Counted from the first letter of the stretch, positions 1-8,498 are shown. The stretch is DNA of 64,000 bases from Candidatus Harrisonbacteria bacterium (GCA_016182295.1 JACOXP010000005.1:4926-68925); one strand, 5' to 3'. Numbers and translations: made by a program. Notes: a model not told the origin generated them from the sequence alone.

Positions 1-253
1 CGTGCACCTCTTCTTTAACAACGTCTTCCAGAAGTTTGGAAAAATCCGGTTTGGTCGTGAGTTGGACTTTATTTTCGTGTTCGGTAAGAAATAACCCCCT
101 TTGTTCATTGGTTAATTCTTCACCCAGCGATTTTATCGTTTTTCGGATCTCTTCCTCGCTGGTCTTAAGCAGTTTGGCGATTTTTTTTATTTCCAGCGGT
201 TCGCCGTATATAAAAAGGAATGCCTCTAATTTTGCCGAAAGGTTTTTATTCAT
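1..253 (-). CDS. scpB: SMC-Scp complex subunit ScpB, 5' part (runs off the window edge)
   Basis: Manual translation from ATG at 253 gives MNKNLSAKLEAFLFIYGEPLEIKKIAKLL...LFLTEHENKVQLTTKP, a ScpB N-terminus. TAATG overlap with the scpA stop. Confidence 0.9.
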   Translation of the reverse strand, partial: MNKNLSAKLEAFLFIYGEPLEIKKIAKLLKTSEEEIRKTIKSLGEELTNEQRGLFLTEHENKVQLTTKPDFSKLLEDVVKEEVH

Positions 254-963
254 TAGTGTTTGTGAATTAAGATATCGCTGAAACTTTCTTTTTGCTCGAC
301 ATGAATAATTTTATCTTTGAGAAGGTGAAGCACCGCCAGAAAAAGAACGATAGCTTCGGTTCTGGATTTCTTTTGCGACAAAGTTTGGAAACTATGGCTT
401 CCGGATTCTTTAAATCTATTTAACAACTCTTCTATTTTTTGTTCAATACTGATAACGGCCGTTTTAATTTTTTGCTGTTCCGGAATCAGCGCCTGAAGAG
501 CCGCGGCCAAACCCCTTACCGCTTGCGATAAATCACTGACTTTCAGGCCTGGCGGCGGATAAAAAACAGCCGCGTCCCCAAGAGATAACAGCAACGGCCG
601 CCCATAAGAAATTCTATTTTTATCCCAGAGATTTTTAAGATGCTCGCCGGCTATTTTGAATTCTTTATAAATTTTTAATCGTTCTTCGAGATCGTGAATT
701 TCGGTTTCTTCTTCTTTCGTAAGCTCCAGCATCGGCAGCAGCACTTTTGATTTTATTAAGACCAATTTCGCCGCTACCACAAGAAAATCGGCTAGAATCG
801 AGGGCGAATATTGCTCCCCGAGTTTTTTAATGTAATTTAAAAAATCGGCGGTAACCTCCGCCAAGTTAACCTGGGTTATTTCCAGGTGTTTTCCCTCGAT
901 TAATTGGAGTAATTTGTCGAGCGGGCCGGTAAATTGGCCGGTTTTTACTTCATAACGATTCAT
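253..963 (-). CDS. scpA: Segregation and condensation protein A
   Basis: FTGPLDKLLQLIE...ADFLVVAAKLVLIKSKVLLP and C-terminal FLAVLHL...VEQKESFSDI motifs; next to scpB. Confidence 0.95.
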   Translation of the reverse strand: MNRYEVKTGQFTGPLDKLLQLIEGKHLEITQVNLAEVTADFLNYIKKLGEQYSPSILADFLVVAAKLVLIKSKVLLPMLELTKEEETEIHDLEERLKIYKEFKIAGEHLKNLWDKNRISYGRPLLLSLGDAAVFYPPPGLKVSDLSQAVRGLAAALQALIPEQQKIKTAVISIEQKIEELLNRFKESGSHSFQTLSQKKSRTEAIVLFLAVLHLLKDKIIHVEQKESFSDILIHKH

Positions 964-2194
964 AGTAGATTAACGCTTCTTTAGTATAAACATTTGATGG
1001 ATTCCAAATCATCCAGCCGTCGTAATATTGAGGAGCGTTGGTGGCCGCCTCATCCCAGGCGTTAATCTGCGCTTTTACTTTTTCCGCGTCGTAATTTGCT
1101 CCCAAATCGAAATCCTGCAGCCAAGGACGGAATTTAGCAATAGGTGGCAGCGGCGTTGAAGTTCCATATTCTTCCAGAAGATTTGCTTCATAAATTTTCG
1201 CTCTGTAGAGAGCCGTATCCATTGAGTATTTCACAACTTCGTAAGGATGCTCCGCTGGATTTTGAAAACCGATAAAAGTTTTAGCGTAGTGCGAGGGATA
1301 AACCATCGGCGCGATTACGTCAAAATACGGCAAAGCGAATTCCAAATGCTGGCCTATCCCAAGTCCGTCGGTGTTGACCGTTACCAAACCGAAGAGGTCA
1401 GCGGAAATTTTTTCATCCGGCAACCGCCAGCGCATATACTTGAAAAAGTCCCGCATCACGTGGATTTTTAAAGTTTTTTCGTCCCAAAACGGATAGCTAA
1501 TGTCTTTTACGTTTCCGTCTGAAGCAAAACGGATGTAATCAAAATTAATTTCGTCGAAGCCGCGATTAACTATTTCTTCGGCAATGTCCAGATTATAGTC
1601 CCAAACTTCTCTGGAAGACTGATCCATCCAGGTTAGGCCTTTAAAATCTTTCCAAACCGCGCCGGTGGATGAGCTATGAAGCGCCAGATCCGGCCTCGCG
1701 ATCGCGTATCGCTGATCTTGGAAAGCGGAAATTCTGCCAATGATATAAATGTCTTCGTCGTGCAAACGTTTTATTAATTTATTAAGATTGGGAATTCTAA
1801 GTTCGACGGCGTCGTATTTTTTCGGTAATTCCAAATCCGTGTTGTAAACGATATAGCCGGAATAATCTTTGATATCTATAACGATGGCGTTCAACTCCGT
1901 TTGTTTGATGAGATTAATCAGATAATTTAATTTTTTTTCGTTGGACGCCGACCAGCTGGTCGCGTAAACGGCTTTTACAATTTCCGGCGGATTTTCCAGC
2001 GGTTTTTGCGGTTCGATATCCGTATTGGTTGGAGGAATAATTTTTGGTTCTGTTTCAACCGTTATGCTAGTAGCCTCGGCGACGGCTTTTGGAGAATCAA
2101 CGTTAATGGTTACCGGTTGTTGTATAAACCAAAAAACGCCGATTCCGGCACCGGCAATAATTAAAAAAAGGGCGAACCGGCCAACACTAAACAT
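950..2194 (-). CDS. Membrane-anchored putative glycoside hydrolase (DUF4015-like TIM barrel)
   Basis: N-terminal TM helix; LNAIVIDIKD, GFDEINFDYIRF, PMVYPSHY and RPWLQDF motifs. Confidence 0.85.
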   Translation of the reverse strand: MFSVGRFALFLIIAGAGIGVFWFIQQPVTINVDSPKAVAEATSITVETEPKIIPPTNTDIEPQKPLENPPEIVKAVYATSWSASNEKKLNYLINLIKQTELNAIVIDIKDYSGYIVYNTDLELPKKYDAVELRIPNLNKLIKRLHDEDIYIIGRISAFQDQRYAIARPDLALHSSSTGAVWKDFKGLTWMDQSSREVWDYNLDIAEEIVNRGFDEINFDYIRFASDGNVKDISYPFWDEKTLKIHVMRDFFKYMRWRLPDEKISADLFGLVTVNTDGLGIGQHLEFALPYFDVIAPMVYPSHYAKTFIGFQNPAEHPYEVVKYSMDTALYRAKIYEANLLEEYGTSTPLPPIAKFRPWLQDFDLGANYDAEKVKAQINAWDEAATNAPQYYDGWMIWNPSNVYTKEALIYYESL

Positions 2195-2281
2195 CTTATT
2201 ATTATCTTAAGCCGAAACTTGCTTAAAATCCAATTTTTTGTTACAATCCGGACACAAGTTTCTTTGAAATTACGGAGGTGA

Positions 2282-2728
2282 ATGATGAAGAAAAGAGTGG
2301 TAATTCGGTTGTGGGACGGAGGACGCGAACATGTTTTGATGTTGTTGCGCGAGTCAAAAGACGGTGTTTATAAACACCGCAATCATCGCAAATTGTGTTG
2401 GGTTTTGCCCCAAACGAAGATTCTGCAGTTTGAAAGTCCGCGCGAAGCGGCGATGCGAGCGCTAGAGGAAATGGGCGTGGGAGCCGCGGTAAAAGAGACT
2501 CATTCCGACGTTATCTATACGGATGACAAGGAAGTGTTTCTCTTCGATGCTTATAATTCCGGCCAGCTTCCTCAAAAACTGGGCCATGATATTTTGACGA
2601 GCAATTGGGTTTATGTAAATTGGCTGATTCCCGGTCACCCGACTTACGGCCGCTTCCAGGGCTATCACATCTCAAGACGGCAAATTAGGGACTATATACT
2701 CAGAGAAACCCTCACAGCCCCCCAATAA
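2282..2728 (+). CDS. Hypothetical protein with a degenerate Nudix-like box
   Basis: WVLP...ESPREAAMRALEEMGV resembles the Nudix motif. GGAGGTG SD upstream and terminator downstream. Confidence 0.55.
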   Translation: MMKKRVVIRLWDGGREHVLMLLRESKDGVYKHRNHRKLCWVLPQTKILQFESPREAAMRALEEMGVGAAVKETHSDVIYTDDKEVFLFDAYNSGQLPQKLGHDILTSNWVYVNWLIPGHPTYGRFQGYHISRRQIRDYILRETLTAPQ

Positions 2729-2740
2729 GGGGCTTTTTTT
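2716..2740 (+). terminator. Intrinsic terminator
   Basis: AGCCCC/GGGGCT stem followed by a T run. Confidence 0.7.
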
Positions 2741-2788
2741 GTTGGCTTTGTCTTTGCGAAACAACCGAAAAATTTATAGAATAAGGGC

Positions 2789-3901
2789 ATGGCACTGGCA
2801 ATCTACAGGAAATACCGCCCTAAAAGCTTTGGTGAATTTTTAGGCCAAAGAGAAATTTCGGAAGTTTTGAAAAACGCCGCCCGGCAAAACCGGCTGGCTC
2901 ACGCTTATCTTTTCTGCGGACCCCGCGGCACCGGAAAGACGACCGCCGCCCGCCTTCTCGCCAAGCTTGCTAATTGCCTGACTCGCAAGACCGATTCCAG
3001 TTTTCATCAAAAAGGCGAACCTTGTAATTATTGCGTCCACTGTTCCGATATTGATGCCGGAAAAGCGCTGGATGTCATAGAAATCGACGCCGCTTCCAAC
3101 CGCGGCATTGACGAAATCCGCAACCTCAAAGAAGGCATTCGCCTTTCCCCGGCCGTCCACGATCACAAAGTAGTTATCATTGACGAAACCCACATGCTCA
3201 CCAAGGAAGCGTTCAACGCGCTTTTGAAAACTTTGGAAGAGCCGCCGGCTCACGCGATTTTAGTGCTGGCGACCACCGAATATGAAAAAGTGCCGCCGAC
3301 AATTTCTTCCCGCTGTCAGAGATTCTATTTCCGCAAGCTCCCGGTTGAAGAAATAAAATCAAAATTAAAAAGGATCGCCCTTGCTGAAAAAATACAGGCC
3401 ACTGACGAAGCGCTGGAATTGATTGCTTCGGCAGCCGAAGGAAGTTTACGCGATGCCGAATCTCTCTTTGATCAGATGGCTTCTTTTTCCGGCAGTATAG
3501 ACGCCGAAGCGGTTGAAAAAAATCTCGGCCAGGTGGGCCTGGCAAGGATCGTTACGCTCGCCGGTCACATTTTTGAAAATAATCTTTCCGCCGCGCTTCA
3601 ATATATCGGGAAATTAAACGAGGGCGGCTACAATGTCGTTGATCTCAACAAAGAGCTTATTCACTACTTGCGGCGGGTTATCAGTTTGAAAGTTGATCCA
3701 AATTTGGCGACGCTTTTTGAACGGCAATTTACCGCTAAAGATTTAGACCAATTAAAAAAACACGGCGAACTGGTTGATATGAATAAACATATTAATCTTC
3801 TGCGGTCGCTGATTCGCGCTTACAGCGAGATGCGTTATAGTCCTTTCGCTTCCGTGCCATTGGAAATCGCCATAATTGAAAATCTCCAGAAAAAGGAGTA
3901 A
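2789..3901 (+). CDS. dnaX: DNA polymerase III subunit gamma/tau (short form)
   Basis: YRKYRPKSF, GPRGTGKTT, EIDAASNRGIDEIR, AFNALLKTLEEPP and SRC motifs. Confidence 0.97.
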   Translation: MALAIYRKYRPKSFGEFLGQREISEVLKNAARQNRLAHAYLFCGPRGTGKTTAARLLAKLANCLTRKTDSSFHQKGEPCNYCVHCSDIDAGKALDVIEIDAASNRGIDEIRNLKEGIRLSPAVHDHKVVIIDETHMLTKEAFNALLKTLEEPPAHAILVLATTEYEKVPPTISSRCQRFYFRKLPVEEIKSKLKRIALAEKIQATDEALELIASAAEGSLRDAESLFDQMASFSGSIDAEAVEKNLGQVGLARIVTLAGHIFENNLSAALQYIGKLNEGGYNVVDLNKELIHYLRRVISLKVDPNLATLFERQFTAKDLDQLKKHGELVDMNKHINLLRSLIRAYSEMRYSPFASVPLEIAIIENLQKKE

Positions 3902-3922
3902 AATGTAGAAAATTCCCAACCT

Positions 3923-4352
3923 TCCGGGATCGTCTAATGGTAGGACGAGTCCCTTGCTAAAATATTAATCTCAACCGCGGCGGTGCAAATTTTAGTGAAT
4001 TGAGCTGGGGGATCGTCTAATGGTAGGACGCATGGCTCTGAACCATGAAGTCTAGGTTCGACTCCTGGTCCCCCAGCTCAATTCATTTATTCAGCGCTAG
4101 GCGCGACGACGAAGACGTAAAACTTTACGCCGAGGAGGAGCAACGACGCGATGGAATAAAATTTGCCCGCCCCTTCGGGTTGTTGGCAAAATGGCGTCTC
4201 GACTCGAGGCTCATCCTCGGAGTAGAGTCTACACCTTCGGATTCGCTCCTTCGCGAGACATCCATTTTGCCTAACAACGCGGCGAGAGCTAATATTTTGG
4301 CAAGGGACCTGCTCTGAACCATGAAATTGGGGTTCGATTCCCTGTCCCGGAA
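3923..4352 (+). ncRNA. Split tRNA-Gln-like scaffold with a 360-nt structured insert containing a nested tRNA
   Basis: 5' half at 3923-3947 (TCCGGGA acceptor plus D arm). 3' half at 4311-4352 (CTCTGAA loop, T arm, TCCCGGA-A). The insert is closed by a 19-bp inverted repeat, 3949-3967 with 4290-4308. Confidence 0.75.
4006..4076 (+). tRNA. tRNA-Gln(CTG)
   Basis: TGGGGGA/TCCCCCA acceptor stem, CATGG-CT-CTG-AA-CCATG anticodon arm, GGTTCGACTCC T loop; no encoded CCA. Confidence 0.95.
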
Positions 4353-4356
4353 CAGA

Positions 4357-4575
4357 TCAAAACTTAACCGGCAGTTGAAGCGCGAAACCAATGGCTATTA
4401 AAAGCAGACCGAAGAGTCCGAATTTTTGTTCTCTTTTCATCTGCGAGAAAACCTTATCGTCTATTTTGTGCTCGCGCCAAAAACGATAATGGACAGCGAT
4501 TGCCATATAACCAACCAGGAGTTTCCCCAAAGTATCGATAAAGAATCCGATTGAAGCTAGTAGTTCTAAACTCAT
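4357..4575 (-). CDS. Small 2-TM membrane protein
   Basis: 72 aa with two hydrophobic helices around HYRFWREHKIDDKV. Confidence 0.7.
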   Translation of the reverse strand: MSLELLASIGFFIDTLGKLLVGYMAIAVHYRFWREHKIDDKVFSQMKREQKFGLFGLLLIAIGFALQLPVKF

Positions 4576-4609
4576 AATACTTATGTTAATTTTACCTTAT
4601 TAACTTCCT

Positions 4610-6109
4610 ATGAAGCAAAACCTTCTTTGGGTAATCGCGATTTTTGTTGTTTTTGCTGCTGCTTGGCATTTTGGCAATCCCAATATCGCCGATCCGGACA
4701 GTTTCTTTTACATGGGGCTGGCTTCTTGGCATCGGGAAAGCGGAGTTTTGGCCAACGATTTTCCCTGGATATATCACTCCGTCGTTCGCGAGCTTTCCGC
4801 TTCGCTTTGGTATGGTTTTGGCGTTTTTTTAATCCCGTTTTCTTTATTAAGCATTCCTTTTTGGAGTATCAAAATCGCGGGCGTTCTTTTAACCGCGGCG
4901 GCGCTTTTTTCGATTTACTGGGTGTGTAAAAAATTCGGTTTCCGCTGGCCGGCATTCTGGCCATTCCTGGCTTTTTTTGCCGCCCCCAACTCTCTCTTTC
5001 ATTTTCTAATGGTCAGGCCGCAGACAATTTCGCTGATTTTGGCGCCCTTGTTGTTTTATTTTCTTTTACGTCGGTCGTTTTGGGGCATCGCGCTTACTTC
5101 TTTTGGCATCGTCTGGTTTCATTTTAACTTTGCCTGGCTCCCAGTTTTAATTTTTGCCGTCATTAAATTTTACTCGCTTCTTTTTGAGAAAAAAATTGTT
5201 TTAAAAGAAGGTTTGACTTTGCTGGCCGGTCTGTTGTTGGGTTGGCTTTTGCGGCCGGAACCAATCGCTGCCGCCAAGCTTTTTTATATTCAGGTCTTCC
5301 AGCAGATTTTTGAAAAATCCGGCGGTTTGCCGCTGATCTTTGGCGCGGAAAATTATCCTTTAAGCGCCGAGATTCTTTTCACCAATTTCTTGGTGTTTCT
5401 CGTTCTTTGGGTGGCCGGAACGTTTTTTATAAGCAAAACAGCGATGGAAAAAAGAATGCTGATTTTTTGCGGCTTAACCATTTCTTCCATTTTCTTTTTG
5501 ATTTCCATTATTGTGGCGAGGCGAGCATACGACTTCTGGATCATTTTCGGAGTTATTTTTCTCGCTGCCGTTTTTTCCTTCATCGAAGGCAGACAAGTTC
5601 GGCAAGCGGTAGCCTACGTGTTGGGCGGCATTCTTGTTTTTTTGATTTTATTTTCCGGCGTTAAGACCGGTATCAGTTTGGCTAACCAGGGGCACTCGCC
5701 GACAAATTTGAAAGAAGTTTCCCTTTGGCTGAAGGAGAACAGCCAACCTGGGGAAATCGTTTTTAATCTTCACTGGGCGGATTTTTCACCGCTGTTTTAT
5801 TGGAATCGCCAGAATTATTACACTTTCGGTCTCGATCCGATTTTTGCGTACGCCTATAACCCGTCGCTTTATTGGAAATTTCATTACCTTTCCATCGATC
5901 AAGTGACTAAAAAAACTTGCGGCGCTGAAGCCTGCACCCGGGAGCAATTGGAAGATACTTATGAGGTTTTGGTTCGCGATTTTAACGCTAAGTACGTATT
6001 GCTTACCAAAGATGAAAACCCAGCCGTTGATTTTTGGATTAGCGGAGATGATCGTTTTCAGAAAGTATTCGAGACGGATAACGAGAAAATTTACCTCATC
6101 CAAGAATGA
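4610..6109 (+). CDS. Multi-pass membrane protein, GT-C-fold glycosyltransferase-like (paralog 1)
   Basis: About 12 TM helices, DPD motif after TM1, soluble C-terminal domain; clustered with a GT2. Confidence 0.7.
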   Translation: MKQNLLWVIAIFVVFAAAWHFGNPNIADPDSFFYMGLASWHRESGVLANDFPWIYHSVVRELSASLWYGFGVFLIPFSLLSIPFWSIKIAGVLLTAAALFSIYWVCKKFGFRWPAFWPFLAFFAAPNSLFHFLMVRPQTISLILAPLLFYFLLRRSFWGIALTSFGIVWFHFNFAWLPVLIFAVIKFYSLLFEKKIVLKEGLTLLAGLLLGWLLRPEPIAAAKLFYIQVFQQIFEKSGGLPLIFGAENYPLSAEILFTNFLVFLVLWVAGTFFISKTAMEKRMLIFCGLTISSIFFLISIIVARRAYDFWIIFGVIFLAAVFSFIEGRQVRQAVAYVLGGILVFLILFSGVKTGISLANQGHSPTNLKEVSLWLKENSQPGEIVFNLHWADFSPLFYWNRQNYYTFGLDPIFAYAYNPSLYWKFHYLSIDQVTKKTCGAEACTREQLEDTYEVLVRDFNAKYVLLTKDENPAVDFWISGDDRFQKVFETDNEKIYLIQE

Positions 6110-7647
6110 ACAAGAAATTATTACTTTCAATTCTTGTAGTCATAGCGGTTGCCTTTGCCCTTCACGCGAGCATTCCCGGAATTCCGGATACGGACGCTTT
6201 TTATCACATTCGCCATTCCTGGCTTTACCGCGCCGGCGGTATTTTCCAATCCAGCTTCCCGTGGACTCAATATTCGGTCATCAACCAATACTCCGCGGAT
6301 ATCTGGTACGGATTTCATATTTTAATAATCCCCTTCACGTTTTTTAGCGATCTTATCAAGGGAATGACAACCGGCGGATTTGCGGTAAATTTGGCGGCGG
6401 TTTTTCTGGTCTTCGCCGCTTTATCAAGGTTAAAAGTAAAATGGCCGCTTTTTTGGACTTTTCTTTTCTGGTTCGCTTCGGCTGATGTTTTATTCCGCTT
6501 GACGATGTTGCGCCCTCACCCGCTTTCGATGGGGCTTAGTTTGATTATTTTTGCTTACTTAGCCACGCCGAGAACCAAGTATACTTTGCCGATTATCTTT
6601 TTTTCCGCGGCGACTATTTCGTGGATACACCTTTCTCTTTCCTGGCTGCCGATTTTGGTTGGCCTTGCTGTCGCCGGTGTCGCCATTCTAAAAAAGGAAA
6701 TTCAGCCGATAAAAAACGCGCTTCTCATAATCCCCGGAATTTTATTGGGGTGGGTTCTGCGTCCCAATTTTTTAGGAGCGGCAAAGATTGCTTATATTCA
6801 GGTTGTCCAGCTTGTCGTGGAGAAACAGTTTGGCGCCGAGTTTCTTCGCTTTGGCCGAGAGTTGCGCCCGTTCGTCTTTGAAAACTTCGCCGATCAATTG
6901 GTGCCGATTTCTGTTTTAATGACGCTGGGAATTTGCCTGATTTTCTGGAAAGTTTTTTTAAAAAAAATTAAAACCGCGACGGCTACTTGGGCCAGTCTGG
7001 GATTGGCGGTTTTGTTTTTCACGCTGGCTTTTACTTTGGCTCGGCGCGCCAACGATATTTTTATCGGTTTTGCCGCGATTTTTCTGGGGCTATTATTCAC
7101 GGAATTATTTATGGAAAAACGTCTGTTTACGGCAAAGTGGGTAATGCCGGTATTGACCACGACCGTTGCCATCATTTTAGTAGCGATGCCGATTAAAAAT
7201 ATTTATCGTTTCGGAACTTACCTTCAAAATGTTTTCGATCCGCAAAGATTTAGCGAGGCTTCCAAATGGCTGATTAAAAATTCCCAGCCGGGCGAAATCG
7301 TGTTCAGTCCGAATTGGGATCGTTTTGGGCCGCTGTTTTTCTGGAATTGGCAAAATTATTACATCAACGGCATGGATCCCATTTTTGAATTTGCTTACGA
7401 TCAATCGCTTTATTGGAAAACTCATTTTCTTTCCGTTGATCAAGGAGCCGCGATCACTTGCGGTATGGTTCGTTGCAGAGCTGGCGAAGCCGAGGACACA
7501 CATTTGGTTCTGAAACGAGATTTCAAAGCGTCATACATCATAGTTGAAAAAACGCGCAGTCCGAGGTTATATGAATATGTGGCAAAAACTGATGGTTTTA
7601 AGAAGGTCTTTGAAACTGTTTCGGAAGGAGTGTTTAAAATATTATGA
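6106..7647 (+). CDS. Multi-pass membrane protein, GT-C-fold glycosyltransferase-like (paralog 2)
   Basis: DTDAFYH after TM1. Shares NSQPGEIVF, PLFxWNxQNYY, DPIF, SLYWKxHxLSxDQ and TCG..C with paralog 1. ATGA overlap. Confidence 0.7.
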   Translation: MNKKLLLSILVVIAVAFALHASIPGIPDTDAFYHIRHSWLYRAGGIFQSSFPWTQYSVINQYSADIWYGFHILIIPFTFFSDLIKGMTTGGFAVNLAAVFLVFAALSRLKVKWPLFWTFLFWFASADVLFRLTMLRPHPLSMGLSLIIFAYLATPRTKYTLPIIFFSAATISWIHLSLSWLPILVGLAVAGVAILKKEIQPIKNALLIIPGILLGWVLRPNFLGAAKIAYIQVVQLVVEKQFGAEFLRFGRELRPFVFENFADQLVPISVLMTLGICLIFWKVFLKKIKTATATWASLGLAVLFFTLAFTLARRANDIFIGFAAIFLGLLFTELFMEKRLFTAKWVMPVLTTTVAIILVAMPIKNIYRFGTYLQNVFDPQRFSEASKWLIKNSQPGEIVFSPNWDRFGPLFFWNWQNYYINGMDPIFEFAYDQSLYWKTHFLSVDQGAAITCGMVRCRAGEAEDTHLVLKRDFKASYIIVEKTRSPRLYEYVAKTDGFKKVFETVSEGVFKIL

Positions 7648-8330
7648 ACAATAAATTATCAGTAGTGATTCCAACTTTTAACGAAATAAAAACACTGCCA
7701 TCCGTAATTGAAAAGGTGTTAGCTCAGAAACCGGCGGAAATTATCATTGTGGATGATTGTTCGACTGATGATACTTGGAAATTTCTTTCCAATTTGAAAA
7801 ATAAGTCAATTAAAACCTTTCGACACAAAGAAAATTCTGGAAAAGGAGCAGCCGTTCGTACTGGTATACAAAAAGCCACCGGGACAATTCTTATTATTCA
7901 GGATGCCGACTTAGAGTACGATCCTTCAGAATACGCCAAAGTATTAAAGCCAATTTTAGATGATAGGGCCGATGTTGTTTATGGGTCGCGTTTTGTAGGT
8001 CCGGAACCGCATCGAATTCATTATTTTTGGAATTTTGTTGGTAATCGTTTTTTAACAACGTTGACAAACTTGTTTGCCAATCTCAATTTATCAGATATGG
8101 AAACTGGCTGTAAGGCGTTTCGTAAGGAAGTGTTTGACTCAATAAATCTCACCGAAAACGATTTTGGGTTCGAACCGGAAGTAACCATTAAGCTTGCCAA
8201 ACAAGGTTACCGTTTTTATGAAGTCGGAATTTCCTATCACGGCCGCAGTTATAAAGAAGGCAAAAAAATCCGTTGGACCGACGGCGTTAAAGCTGTTTGG
8301 GTTATAGTAAAACACGGTCTTTTCTCGTAA
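7644..8330 (+). CDS. GT2 polyprenol-phosphate glycosyltransferase (DPM1-like)
   Basis: SVVIPTFNE, IIVDDCSTD, GKGAAVRTG, QDADLEYDP, DMETGCKAF and FEPEVT motifs. Confidence 0.93.
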   Translation: MNNKLSVVIPTFNEIKTLPSVIEKVLAQKPAEIIIVDDCSTDDTWKFLSNLKNKSIKTFRHKENSGKGAAVRTGIQKATGTILIIQDADLEYDPSEYAKVLKPILDDRADVVYGSRFVGPEPHRIHYFWNFVGNRFLTTLTNLFANLNLSDMETGCKAFRKEVFDSINLTENDFGFEPEVTIKLAKQGYRFYEVGISYHGRSYKEGKKIRWTDGVKAVWVIVKHGLFS

Positions 8331-8334
8331 TAAA

Positions 8335-8367
8335 ATCCCCCGATTACTTTGCCGGGGGATCTTTTTT
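8335..8367. terminator. Terminator hairpin between convergent genes
   Basis: ATCCCCCG/CGGGGGAT stem followed by a T run. Confidence 0.65.
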
Positions 8368-8463
8368 GTTCTGGTTTTTTGCTTGAGCAATTTGAAGCGA
8401 CCAGTAAATAAATATAGCAATGATGCAAAGCGTGAAAACAACTCTTAGGGTCAGCCCATCCAT
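8344..8463 (-). CDS. Small single-TM protein, 39 aa (MDGLTLRVVFTLCIIAIFIYWSLQIAQAKNQNKKDPPAK)
   Basis: ATG at 8463 with AAGGA SD and an extended -10 (TGTTATAAT, 8493-8501) upstream; one TM helix and a basic tail. Confidence 0.6.
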   Translation of the reverse strand: MDGLTLRVVFTLCIIAIFIYWSLQIAQAKNQNKKDPPAK

Positions 8464-8498
8464 GCCCGATTCCTTAAAAAGTGCCGAGGTTATTATAA

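Noticed and set aside
3949-4308. The insert as a canonical group I tRNA intron
   Set aside because: It lies before the anticodon stem rather than in the loop. GTAGAGTCTAC only loosely resembles the conserved R element, no complementary P7 partner was found, and excision does not restore the anticodon stem.
3923-4352. The locus as tmRNA
   Set aside because: No GGGG 5' end or G3-U70 alanine identity, no terminal CCA and no tag-like reading frame; the scaffold is Gln-type.
4045-4391. ORFs 4045-4317(+) and 4125-4391(-)
   Set aside because: They overlap tRNA and structured RNA and have no protein-like features.
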